Virus record (IMG/VR): IMGVR_UViG_3300049919_000129
Location: 1-56,382 of that record
From: a virus
Taxonomy: Duplodnaviria; Caudoviricetes
Reading direction: 5' to 3' (one strand)
Length of the DNA: 56,382 nucleotides
The position numbers were made by a program, and so were the translations under genes. Shown here one piece after another: positions 43,859-52,762 of the stretch. Every line of letters begins with the position of its first letter. The first letter of the stretch is position 1. Under the pieces are notes generated by a model. That model was not told the origin of the DNA. It saw only the letters and a program-made list of their open reading frames with translations, and searched no databases.

Positions 43859-46359
43859 TGACGTATTTTTATACTTCTGTCACCCAACACTCAAATAATA
43901 TTTGCTTTCGTGGGGTGCGGGACGGGAAGCGGATCGAAGCAAAGGTTCCGTACTCTCCGACATTGTATGCCGAATCCAATAAGTCAGTCGAATTCCGTGG
44001 TCTTTATGGGGAGAAGCTGGTTCCTGTTAAATTCGAATCCATTCATGCAGCAAAAGAATATATTGGTAGGTATGAAGAGGTTAAAGACTTTACAATTCAT
44101 GGAATCCAGCAATTCCAATATCAATATATTTCCGACAAGTTTGTTGGTGATATCGATTGGGATATTGATCAGGCTAGGGTAGTCTTTCTGGATATCGAAA
44201 CTAAGGTTCCAGAAAATGGGTTTCCAAACATCGAAACTGCCAACTGCGAGATACTGTTGATCTCTCTGATGAATCGTTTCACCCAGAAGATCGTGGTGTT
44301 CGGTACAAGAAGTATTTCTGCACCGAATCCCCTCTTTGAATATCGTCTTTTCAAGAACGAGGCTTCCATGCTGGAAGCATTTTTGGATTTCTGGTCTTCT
44401 GCTTATCCTGATGTCATTTCTGGTTGGAATATTGATGGGTTTGATATGCCGTATATAGCAAACCGCATTCATCGGGTTCTTGGAGAAGCTGAAATGAAGA
44501 GACTTTCGCCGTGGGGCGTGTTGAACAGCAGAAAGATCGAAGTTCGAGGTCGTGAAGTCGAGGTCGTGGATATCGTTGGTATAAACTCACTTGACTACCT
44601 TGATCTTTACAAAAAATTCAGCTTCAGACCACAGGAATCATATTCCCTCGGGGCTGTGTGTCAGGTCGATCTTGGTGAAGGTAAGGTTGATTTTGGTTGT
44701 ACATTTAAAGAGAGCTATTCTACAACCCAAGAAAACTGGGATAGGTTTGTTCTTTATAACGCCATGGACTCCCAGTTAGTATTCAAGCTGGATAAAATGT
44801 ATGAATTCATTCCGCTATGCTTTAGTATTGCTTATCTAGCCAAGTGTAATATCAAAGACGTTTTCAGCCCAGTTAAAACGTGGGATATTTTCACTTATTC
44901 CGAGTTACTGAAAGAAAATATTATCGTCCCACCACACACCATAAAGAAGGCTGGCACCATCGAAGGTGCTTATGTCAAGGCGCCACAGTTAGGAATGCAT
45001 AATTGGGTCGTCACCGTTGACTTTGGTTCCCTATACCCATCTGAAATGCGGCAATGGAACATTAGTCCTGAGACGATCCTAAAGGAAAAATTCGATTTGC
45101 ATTACATCGACTTCATCGAAGAGACTGATGCATACAAGGATGCTATCGAATATGCTAGGGCGCATGACTATAGCCTAGCGGCGAACGGTTCGATGTATCG
45201 CAGGGATATTGTTGGCATCATTCCAAAGATGCTGAAAATGTGTATGGATGGTAGAAAGGTAGCGAAGAAGGAAATGCTTCGGTTGGAGCAACTTCTTGTG
45301 GACACTGGGGACTCTTTATTAAAGTCAAAGATATCCGTGCTTAATGGTAGGCAGCTTGCATTGAAGCTACTAGGAAACTCGTTGTATGGTGGTCTCGCCA
45401 ACGTAGGTTCTAGATACTTCAATCTAGATATGGCCGAGTCCATTACGATCACAGGGCAGTTATCTAACGTTCATGTGTCAAAATGTTTGAACGAATACAT
45501 GAATTCGAATATTGGCGGAGAATATAAGGATTACATCATATATGGGGACACGGACTCTTCGTTCCTTAATTGTGGGCCGTTAATTAAGAAAATTGCAGCT
45601 GGAAAATCTGATCAGCAGATAACAAATCTGTTGATGAAAATGGAACCAACCTTACAACGTGTTTTGAACAAATCGATTGATGATGTTTTCGCACTTTGTA
45701 ACTGTTTAGATCGAGTCATGTCGATAAAACAGGAAAAGGTTTGCTCAAAGATATTGTTTGTTGCCAAAAAACGATATGCTGCAAAGGTGCATAACTCTGA
45801 GGGTGTGATGTACGATCCACCTGAAATTAAAGTCACTGGACTCGATCTTGTTAAGACCTCTACCCCTATGGCGATCCGGAAGATGCTTAAGGCTTCGATA
45901 CCGGTCATTTTTGATGGTGGAGAAGGTGCAACACAAAAATATCTTGTCGATTGTAGGGAAAAGTTTGACTCTATGACGACGGAAGAAATTGCAAGACCAA
46001 CCGGTGTTAGTGAAGTTGACAAGCATATGATTGGGGAGTATTATGTTAAGGGGTGCCCAATTAATTCTAGGGCATCCATAATATACAATGTTGCAACAAA
46101 GAGTATGCGAGAGAAGTATGCACAGATTTCCAATGGGGATAAGATTCGGTATCTTTATTTGACCGTCCCAAACCCAGTTCGATCAGACGTTATTGCTTTT
46201 CCTGCAGATGGGGTTTTACCAAAAGAGCTTGGCTTGCATAATTATGTTGATAGGGACACCCAGTTCTACAAAACTTTCATGAAGCCGATTGAAGGAATGT
46301 TACACCCTATTGGTTGGAAAACTGAAGTACAGGCTAGTTTGGAGGATTTTTTCGGATGA
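43858..46359 (+). CDS. 43: Family B DNA polymerase gp43
   Basis: DIET, GWN..GFD, DFGSLYPS, K...NSLYG, YGDTDS, KKRY; C-terminal SLEDFF clamp-binding peptide. Confidence 0.98.
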   Translation: MTYFYTSVTQHSNNICFRGVRDGKRIEAKVPYSPTLYAESNKSVEFRGLYGEKLVPVKFESIHAAKEYIGRYEEVKDFTIHGIQQFQYQYISDKFVGDIDWDIDQARVVFLDIETKVPENGFPNIETANCEILLISLMNRFTQKIVVFGTRSISAPNPLFEYRLFKNEASMLEAFLDFWSSAYPDVISGWNIDGFDMPYIANRIHRVLGEAEMKRLSPWGVLNSRKIEVRGREVEVVDIVGINSLDYLDLYKKFSFRPQESYSLGAVCQVDLGEGKVDFGCTFKESYSTTQENWDRFVLYNAMDSQLVFKLDKMYEFIPLCFSIAYLAKCNIKDVFSPVKTWDIFTYSELLKENIIVPPHTIKKAGTIEGAYVKAPQLGMHNWVVTVDFGSLYPSEMRQWNISPETILKEKFDLHYIDFIEETDAYKDAIEYARAHDYSLAANGSMYRRDIVGIIPKMLKMCMDGRKVAKKEMLRLEQLLVDTGDSLLKSKISVLNGRQLALKLLGNSLYGGLANVGSRYFNLDMAESITITGQLSNVHVSKCLNEYMNSNIGGEYKDYIIYGDTDSSFLNCGPLIKKIAAGKSDQQITNLLMKMEPTLQRVLNKSIDDVFALCNCLDRVMSIKQEKVCSKILFVAKKRYAAKVHNSEGVMYDPPEIKVTGLDLVKTSTPMAIRKMLKASIPVIFDGGEGATQKYLVDCREKFDSMTTEEIARPTGVSEVDKHMIGEYYVKGCPINSRASIIYNVATKSMREKYAQISNGDKIRYLYLTVPNPVRSDVIAFPADGVLPKELGLHNYVDRDTQFYKTFMKPIEGMLHPIGWKTEVQASLEDFFG

Positions 46360-46419
46360 CACACGATATCAAATTTAACTGATCACGCTACAATAAACGG
46401 CAGTGTTGTTGATTTACAT

Positions 46420-46623
46420 TTGAATAAAGAATTCATCGATTTATGGACTGAGGTTCGAGACCTTAAACTGAAATATGAGAATGAGATATTCGTTATAAAG
46501 GACACCATGCGAAAGGCCAGAGAAGCGGAAGCATTCAAAAAGCATACTAAGGAGTTTTATTGGATGACGGCAGCTGAACAAAAAATATCATTTGAAAGGG
46601 TTTATAAAGATGGCATCATTTGA
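46420..46623 (+). CDS. Hypothetical protein (start uncertain)
   Basis: Frame open from 46360; TTG start, or a +1 join from ATG 46356. Confidence 0.4.
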   Translation: MNKEFIDLWTEVRDLKLKYENEIFVIKDTMRKAREAEAFKKHTKEFYWMTAAEQKISFERVYKDGII

Positions 46624-47050
46624 CACTTCGACAAATTGCGTGAGCGAGTCGTTTAGGAGAGTTGTTGGAGAAGTTGTGAAGCTTAAAGTTGGCACCCGAT
46701 TTTCTGCTTTGCGTGGTATAAAATTTGATATCGATTCCATGGTAGATATGGTTACCGAAGATTTGCTTTTCGGTATGCAAGCAAACGTCACTGCCGTTAA
46801 GGGGAAGAGGTCATCCGAAACAAAAACGGATAGGGATACCGTGACTAAATTGTTCCCTAAGACATGGTTTGATCATTTTAAACAAGATTGCTTCCCAAAA
46901 TGGTTGCTAACTAAATACCCCGCTGATTACGAAACGGTGTTAGTTGAAATTGCCAAACACCACACCACCATAACAACGGTGACTCGGATGTGCCCACATT
47001 TACATACAGACCCTTCCAACAAGCATATTGAATTTTTGGTGCGCGAATGA
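46610..47050 (+). CDS. Hypothetical protein
   Basis: PKTWFDHFK..FPKWL..P motif; C-terminal CPH. Confidence 0.6.
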   Translation: MASFDTSTNCVSESFRRVVGEVVKLKVGTRFSALRGIKFDIDSMVDMVTEDLLFGMQANVTAVKGKRSSETKTDRDTVTKLFPKTWFDHFKQDCFPKWLLTKYPADYETVLVEIAKHHTTITTVTRMCPHLHTDPSNKHIEFLVRE

Positions 47051-47136
47051 CGTTTAAAATTTTACTTTGAAATTTTTATATCCGTTTTCGGCAATTTTGT
47101 CTTTTATATTTTCATATTTATATAGGAGGTAACAAG

Positions 47137-47626
47137 ATGAATAAGATTTATCTTGATCTTTGACGGCGTCCTAGTTAACTTCCATACTCGCGTCTCTGAG
47201 ATTTGTGGAAAGCCATTCGACTCTTCATGCTGGCCGATCATAGACAAGATTCCTACCTTGTTTCTTGATCTCGACATTCTCCCGCAGGCTAAGGAATCAT
47301 TCGATTTTATTATGCAGATGGGGTATCCTGTAGAGATTCTTACTGCACTACCAAGACCAACATGCTTGCTTTCTTCTGCTGCATGTGATAAAATCGAATG
47401 GGTAAGAAGGCATTTGCATCCAACCATTCAGGTTAATTGTTCCGATGGTTGGGATAAGAAAATACACTGGGTTGCGCCAAAGCATATCTTGATAGATGAT
47501 ATGGAAAGAAACGTGCACCATTGGGTGCAGCATGGTGGGATTGGTGTTCATCACACCGGAGACTGGTCAGTGACTTTGCATAACCTGAATTTAAATATTT
47601 TAACCATGAATAAGGAATCCTCATGA
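47137..47626 (+). CDS. HAD-family 5'(3')-deoxyribonucleotidase-like protein, requires +1 frameshift after codon 8
   Basis: AGGAGG RBS, MNKIYLDL then TGA; +1 frame gives DGVL (DxDGV), ILTA, K.EW, LIDD. Confidence 0.75.
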
Positions 47627-48021
47627 CAAAGGAAAAGAAGCAAAAAGAAGCAACCATTCCAAATTGGACGATCTTCGGGACTAGATCAGTGGCAATCGAA
47701 GTGCATAAGTTTGTTGGTGAGGGCGATGACGTATATCGACCAGCACTGACATTTATGTTAGATAACGGCGAGGATGTTGATGAGAACGATATTGTTGAGA
47801 AGGGGCAGTTCGTTACGATTTATGTTGATGGAATTTACGATAGTGCAGAAGAAGCGATCATTGAAACAGCTAAGTCGATAATGAACCTGTTTGAAAATAT
47901 TTCGAATTCTGTCACGGTAATTGAAGATGATGGTTCTGCTGGTGCGTTTGAATACAGTTTAGACCAGTTGTTTTCTGCAGATGGCGGCGCTGAGTCTGGC
48001 CCGAAAGTCACGTTCCACTGA
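47623..48021 (+). CDS. Hypothetical acidic protein
   Basis: 132-aa ORF with AAGGA RBS. Confidence 0.6.
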   Translation: MTKEKKQKEATIPNWTIFGTRSVAIEVHKFVGEGDDVYRPALTFMLDNGEDVDENDIVEKGQFVTIYVDGIYDSAEEAIIETAKSIMNLFENISNSVTVIEDDGSAGAFEYSLDQLFSADGGAESGPKVTFH

Positions 48022-48095
48022 TGCTAAACCTAGACGACACCCCTTATTACGGCCCGTCAGACAGTAAACCAAATATTAAAATTAAAGGAGCGTCA

Positions 48096-49139
48096 ATGTC
48101 ACTGTTAGACAGATTGAAAACAATTGGAACGACTAAGCATTCAAACACAATGTCGGAGTCGACATTTTTTAAACCTAAAGATCATTGCCCAACACCAGTA
48201 CCGATCATAAACGTTGCCCTATCAGGTTCTTTGAGTGGTGGATTGATCAGCGGATTGGTTAGCCTAGCAGGCCCATCCAAGCACTTCAAATCCCTTTTGG
48301 GGTTGTTGTTAGTCAAGGCATATATGGATAAGCACCCAGACTCAATGTGCCTCTTTTACGACAGCGAATTCGGCGTGACTCCTGAGTATATCAAGGCGAA
48401 CGGAATCGATGGTTCTAGGGTTCTGCATGTTCCAATCGAGAACGTTGAGCAACTAAAATTCGATATGGTTAAGAAGCTCGACTCAATAGAAAAGTCCGAG
48501 AAGATCATCATCTTCATCGATTCGATTGGAAACCTAGCATCCAAGAAGGAATTGGAAGACGCTATGAGCGAAAACTCTGCCGCAGATATGACAAGATCAA
48601 AACAGCTGAAAAGTTTTTTCCGTATGGTCACCCCGCATCTGACTATGAAAGATATTCCGTGCGTAGTCGTCCAGCATACATATCAGACACAGGAAATGTT
48701 TTCGAAGACCGTTATGTCTGGTGGAACTGGCGGGATGTATTCAAGTAATTTGGTGCTACTAATCGGAAAGTCTCAGGAAAAGGATACCGAAGGCATTAAA
48801 GGGTGGAATTTCAACCTAACAGTGGAGAAATCCAGATTTGTTAAGGAGAAGTCGAAGCTGTCATTTTTGGTCACCTATGAGGGCGGTCTGAATAAATGGA
48901 GCGGTCTGATGGAAGAGGCTCTTGAGTCTGGTCATTGCACTAAACCAAAGAACGGATGGTACGCTAAGGCTGGCACAGACAAAAACTACCGTCTTGCCGA
49001 CACAAACAACAAGGAATTTTGGTTGCCAATCCTAACCGATCCTACCTTCAACGAATTTATTTCAAACAAATATAAGCTCGCACATTCAGTTGCGATGATC
49101 TCAGAAGAAGTCGAAGAGGAGGATCAAGATGAGCAATGA
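48096..49139 (+). CDS. uvsX: RecA-like recombinase UvsX
   Basis: NVALSG, GPSKHFKS, YDSEFG, DSIGNLAS.KE, MSGGTG, KSRFVKEK. Confidence 0.96.
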   Translation: MSLLDRLKTIGTTKHSNTMSESTFFKPKDHCPTPVPIINVALSGSLSGGLISGLVSLAGPSKHFKSLLGLLLVKAYMDKHPDSMCLFYDSEFGVTPEYIKANGIDGSRVLHVPIENVEQLKFDMVKKLDSIEKSEKIIIFIDSIGNLASKKELEDAMSENSAADMTRSKQLKSFFRMVTPHLTMKDIPCVVVQHTYQTQEMFSKTVMSGGTGGMYSSNLVLLIGKSQEKDTEGIKGWNFNLTVEKSRFVKEKSKLSFLVTYEGGLNKWSGLMEEALESGHCTKPKNGWYAKAGTDKNYRLADTNNKEFWLPILTDPTFNEFISNKYKLAHSVAMISEEVEEEDQDEQ

Positions 49140-49293
49140 CCAAGATCGTGAGGAACTGCACAAAAGCACTGGTTGGATTTGTCCTCGCTGCAAAAATGCG
49201 ATTGCTCCAACCATGAAAACGTGTCCCCTGTGCCCACCACCAACGAGGGTTGAATCATCTTTTTCTGCCCAGCAGGAGTTGTTGATTGACTAA
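49129..49293 (+). CDS. Small Zn-finger protein (54 aa, below the ORF track cutoff)
   Basis: GWICPRC...APTMKTCPLC; fills the gap after uvsX. Confidence 0.6.
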   Translation: MSNDQDREELHKSTGWICPRCKNAIAPTMKTCPLCPPPTRVESSFSAQQELLID

Positions 49294-49588
49294 ACTTGCC
49301 CATCATTATACGGAGAAGGAAGCCAATGCAATAATTTCCGCTTCCTTCTCCGACCTAGCCAAGCATGGGTTCAAGGTATATCTTAGCCACAACGGAACTC
49401 TGTGTGTGGTCTTTAGTAAGAATTCTGGTGGGGTTTGTCCTCTGTTAGGTGCTTATTATGATGGTGAAGAGCAATGGATTCCGGTTAAATGGGATTCCGC
49501 AGGGCTCTACCTCGGCATCAACCCGAGTACAAATCATACAGGATTAGACTTACTCATGCCGGATGTCGTAGAAAAGGAGACAGCATAA
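49286..49588 (+). CDS. Hypothetical protein
   Basis: AGGAG RBS, TTG start. Confidence 0.55.
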   Translation: MTKLAHHYTEKEANAIISASFSDLAKHGFKVYLSHNGTLCVVFSKNSGGVCPLLGAYYDGEEQWIPVKWDSAGLYLGINPSTNHTGLDLLMPDVVEKETA

Positions 49589-49878
49589 TGTTAGAAAATA
49601 TTAAAGTATGTGGTGAAGATATCGGTGGTAAGGTGGTTCTTTCCATCACGTCAGGTAAATTTGAAGGCTGTAATTTTTACTATGATGGGCTAAGATTTGC
49701 AGAAAAGGAAAACGAAGACGGCTCGATGAATATGTCTTTTGATTATGAAATCACGAACGGGTTTGATGTTCAAGCTGAAGCTGTGGAAGAACTTCAAACA
49801 TTGCTCGGTGATAATTTGTTGTGCCTAGTTGAAGATTCCGTGAAGATGGGTTCCACCGTTTTCACTGGCGGAACTTGA
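49588..49878 (+). CDS. Conserved T4-like hypothetical protein (gp40 position)
   Basis: GKFEG..F.Y...F.E, F.Y.I, LGD.L motifs; directly before gp41. Confidence 0.55.
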   Translation: MLENIKVCGEDIGGKVVLSITSGKFEGCNFYYDGLRFAEKENEDGSMNMSFDYEITNGFDVQAEAVEELQTLLGDNLLCLVEDSVKMGSTVFTGGT

Positions 49879-49922
49879 CATTCGACGCCCAATTTCGTAA
49901 AATGTATGATACGAAATTGGGC
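49875..49922 (+). promoter_or_regulatory. sigma70 promoter of gp41 overlapped by a 13-bp inverted repeat
   Basis: TTGACA-N17-TAAAAT; GCCCAATTTCGTA-N10-TACGAAATTGGGC. Confidence 0.75.
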
Positions 49923-49955
49923 AGATTTGCCTAATACGTGATACCTAGGAGAAAT

Positions 49956-51365
49956 ATGGCAACATCAAGAATCGAAGAAGTCATTTTAAGTAATTTGGTT
50001 AATAGCGAAGAATACTGCAGAAAAGTTTTACCATTCATCAGCCCAGACTACTTTTCCGACCATTCAGAAAAAGAAATCTTCACTGAAATAAAGTCTTTTT
50101 TCAACCAATACTCAAAAGTCCCGAACCAACAAATTTTAAAAATAGCGTTCGAGGATCGGCAAGATTTGAAGCAGTCTGAATATGATGATGCGATGGAGCT
50201 TATTAGTTCCCTTGTCGAATCAGAACCAAACCAGATATGGCTTATCGAACGCACCGAGAAATTCGTAAAGGACTCTGCCCTTTATAACGCAGTAGCAGAG
50301 GCTGTATCAGTCCTTGATGGAAAGAACACAAAGCTATCAAAAGATGGCATCCCATCGTTGCTTCAGGAGGCACTATCGATCTCTTTTGATAAAACAATCG
50401 GGCACGATTTCTTTGATGATGCGGATAAACGATATGAGTTTTATCATCTTAAAGAAGATCGAGTTCCATTCGGATTGGATATGTTTAACAAGATTACCGG
50501 TGGTGGGCTACCCAAGAAAACGCTATCGTGCGTCCTTGCTGGCGTTAACGTTGGAAAGTCTTTGGTTTTATGTGACTTCGCAGCTAGTGTCTTACTTCAA
50601 GGCAAGAATGTGCTGTACATCACACTGGAAATGGCAGAGGAGCGCATCGCTGAGCGAATCGACTGCAATATGATGGATATTCCAATCGACAAACTCCCAC
50701 ACATAAGCAAGGAAGATTTTTCCTCTAAGATTGATAGTATAAGAAGAAAGACAGAAGGTAAGTTGATTGTAAAGGAATACCCAACTTCTGGTGCTCATGT
50801 TGGACATTTTAAAGCATTGCTAGATGAGTTGGTCATAAAAAGAGGGTTTGTTCCCGATTTTATTTGTGTTGATTATATCAACCTATGTCTTTCTCAGCGT
50901 CTCGTTGGTGGTCATGGTGCTAATTCGTATACCATTATAAAGTCCATCGCAGAGGAGTTGCGTGGAATGGCAGTTGAGTATGATGTTCCGATCCTAACTG
51001 CAACCCAAACAACACGGCAAGGGTGGCAGAATTCTGATATCGAAATGTCAGATACTGCAGAAAGTGCTGGGTTGCCTGCAACCCTCGATTTCATGTTTGC
51101 ATTAATTCGAACAGACGAATTGGATGAACTCGGTCAGCTTATGGTGAAGCAATTGAAATCCAGATTGGGTAATCCAAATTTTTACAAAAGGTTTGTTATT
51201 GGAGTAGATATAGCAAAGTTTAAATTATATGATGTTGTCCAACCAACTCGTGATTTGTCTGATGTTGGCAAGACGGACAAGGCAGACAAGCCGGTGTTTG
51301 ATAAATCAAAATTTGGTTCCAGAAATAAATCTGAACGGAGTATTGCAGAGATAGACTTTTCGTGA
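49956..51365 (+). CDS. 41: Replicative helicase gp41 (DnaB-like)
   Basis: AGVNVGKS, ITLEMAEE.I, VKEYPT, VDYIN, ATQTTR, QLKSR. Confidence 0.97.
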   Translation: MATSRIEEVILSNLVNSEEYCRKVLPFISPDYFSDHSEKEIFTEIKSFFNQYSKVPNQQILKIAFEDRQDLKQSEYDDAMELISSLVESEPNQIWLIERTEKFVKDSALYNAVAEAVSVLDGKNTKLSKDGIPSLLQEALSISFDKTIGHDFFDDADKRYEFYHLKEDRVPFGLDMFNKITGGGLPKKTLSCVLAGVNVGKSLVLCDFAASVLLQGKNVLYITLEMAEERIAERIDCNMMDIPIDKLPHISKEDFSSKIDSIRRKTEGKLIVKEYPTSGAHVGHFKALLDELVIKRGFVPDFICVDYINLCLSQRLVGGHGANSYTIIKSIAEELRGMAVEYDVPILTATQTTRQGWQNSDIEMSDTAESAGLPATLDFMFALIRTDELDELGQLMVKQLKSRLGNPNFYKRFVIGVDIAKFKLYDVVQPTRDLSDVGKTDKADKPVFDKSKFGSRNKSERSIAEIDFS

Positions 51366-51368
51366 ATT

Positions 51369-51376
51369 GATAAATA
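51369..51376 (+). promoter_or_regulatory. Late promoter GATAAATA
   Basis: Upstream of 51407. Confidence 0.75.
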
Positions 51377-51406
51377 CTAGATTAATTCACGAAAAGGAAT
51401 CCCGCC

Positions 51407-52012
51407 ATGAAATCACTAACCGAAGCCGCAACATCCATAATTCTAGATGCCAATGTCAAGACACTGACAGAAGAGTTTCTTATCGAAAATGTCGATGAAA
51501 TTGCAGATCGTATGCTCGACAAATTATGCGAAAACAATTTGGAGGTGTTCTCTATGGATGAAGCGGAATTTGATTCAATTTTGGATTCTGTTATTGAAGA
51601 ATCCGCACATGAGTTGGATGAAAGTATTTTCGGTGCAGTTGTAAAGAAGGTTGCTGGTTTGTTCGGTGGTTCCTCTGCACCAACACACAATCAACTTGCG
51701 AACGGGCTTTCGCCTAATCCAAAGCGGTTATCTAATCAACCAAAGAATCCTGCTGTTGTTCAAGCAAAGGAGCAGATCAAGAAACGCATTCAGCATGGTA
51801 GTCGTGCTCGCAAGTCCGTTTTGTCACAGTTGACAGCAGACCAAAAAGCAAGTCTTGGGGACAACCGAATGGTTAGTAGAACTCGCAACGGGGTTGTTGC
51901 CCACTACATGGTGCCAAAGGGTGAGAAGTTTAGCGCAAAGACACACAAGTCTTTCATGCAATCTAAGATAGGCAGTGACGGTAATTATAGCCACGAGAAA
52001 TTCGAAGACTGA
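51407..52012 (+). CDS. Hypothetical protein, candidate processed head protein
   Basis: Acidic N half with repeated (I/L)xE sites, basic C half; late promoter. Confidence 0.55.
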   Translation: MKSLTEAATSIILDANVKTLTEEFLIENVDEIADRMLDKLCENNLEVFSMDEAEFDSILDSVIEESAHELDESIFGAVVKKVAGLFGGSSAPTHNQLANGLSPNPKRLSNQPKNPAVVQAKEQIKKRIQHGSRARKSVLSQLTADQKASLGDNRMVSRTRNGVVAHYMVPKGEKFSAKTHKSFMQSKIGSDGNYSHEKFED

Positions 52013-52013
52013 T

Positions 52014-52739
52014 ATGAATTCGTCCAGAATTATTTCTTTTGCTGAGTATGTTTATTTGGAGGAATCTCGGATCGAGGTTTCTCCATTAACGCATCGCAAC
52101 AGGAAGGCATCAGATTACGAGACTGAAATAGCCAGAAAGATTCATGGGAGTGGTTGGGGTGCGGATGAACCAACCGCCACTGCAGCTGGGTTCGATCCAA
52201 ATATGCCAGATTACCGTATTCGTGATGTTGATGGCAATCATCATAATCTGGAAATTAAATCTGGACATTCTTCGATGTTTGGTCAGATTGCACTTGAACA
52301 ACATCCGGAACATGGCTGGGTGGTTTCTTCTGATACCAAGAAGAAGAAACCTAACACTTCAGCATATATTGAAAGGTCTGGCATTCTACATCGTCTCAAT
52401 CATGAGTGGGGGCCACTACCAGAGGGTGCTCCAAGAAAAGACATTAATCATGATGCCCCGAATGGTGCAGAAGGTGTTAATTTGCATTATGGCTCAGACA
52501 AACACACGCCGTATATCCACATTAAAGATCACGGAATGTTCCATACGTCAAACGATTCTGCAAACCTCGGGACTCCGCAGTTATCCGGCAATTTTTCACT
52601 TCGTGCTAGACATAAAAAGATTAGAACCAACGCAGACGGAACACATAAATACGTTACATTAATAAATTTCCATGTTAAGAAGCAGCACCTACCTAGGTCT
52701 CCGTTGTCATTGGATGCCGACATACCAGCAGCAAAATAA
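52014..52739 (+). CDS. PD-(D/E)xK nuclease-like protein with capsid-targeting-like leader
   Basis: ISFAEYVYLEE leader; YETEI, PDYRI...LEIK, FGQ. Confidence 0.6.
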   Translation: MNSSRIISFAEYVYLEESRIEVSPLTHRNRKASDYETEIARKIHGSGWGADEPTATAAGFDPNMPDYRIRDVDGNHHNLEIKSGHSSMFGQIALEQHPEHGWVVSSDTKKKKPNTSAYIERSGILHRLNHEWGPLPEGAPRKDINHDAPNGAEGVNLHYGSDKHTPYIHIKDHGMFHTSNDSANLGTPQLSGNFSLRARHKKIRTNADGTHKYVTLINFHVKKQHLPRSPLSLDADIPAAK

Positions 52740-52762
52740 TTTTTCGTGAGTGAGGAGTAACT

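Noticed and set aside
46357-46623. Stop-codon readthrough extension of DNA polymerase
   Set aside because: gp43 ends in the canonical SLEDFF clamp-binding tail; an in-frame downstream ORF alone is weak evidence
47115-47122. Minus-strand TATAAATA late promoter
   Set aside because: Lies in a very AT-rich spacer with no minus-strand gene downstream; probably chance
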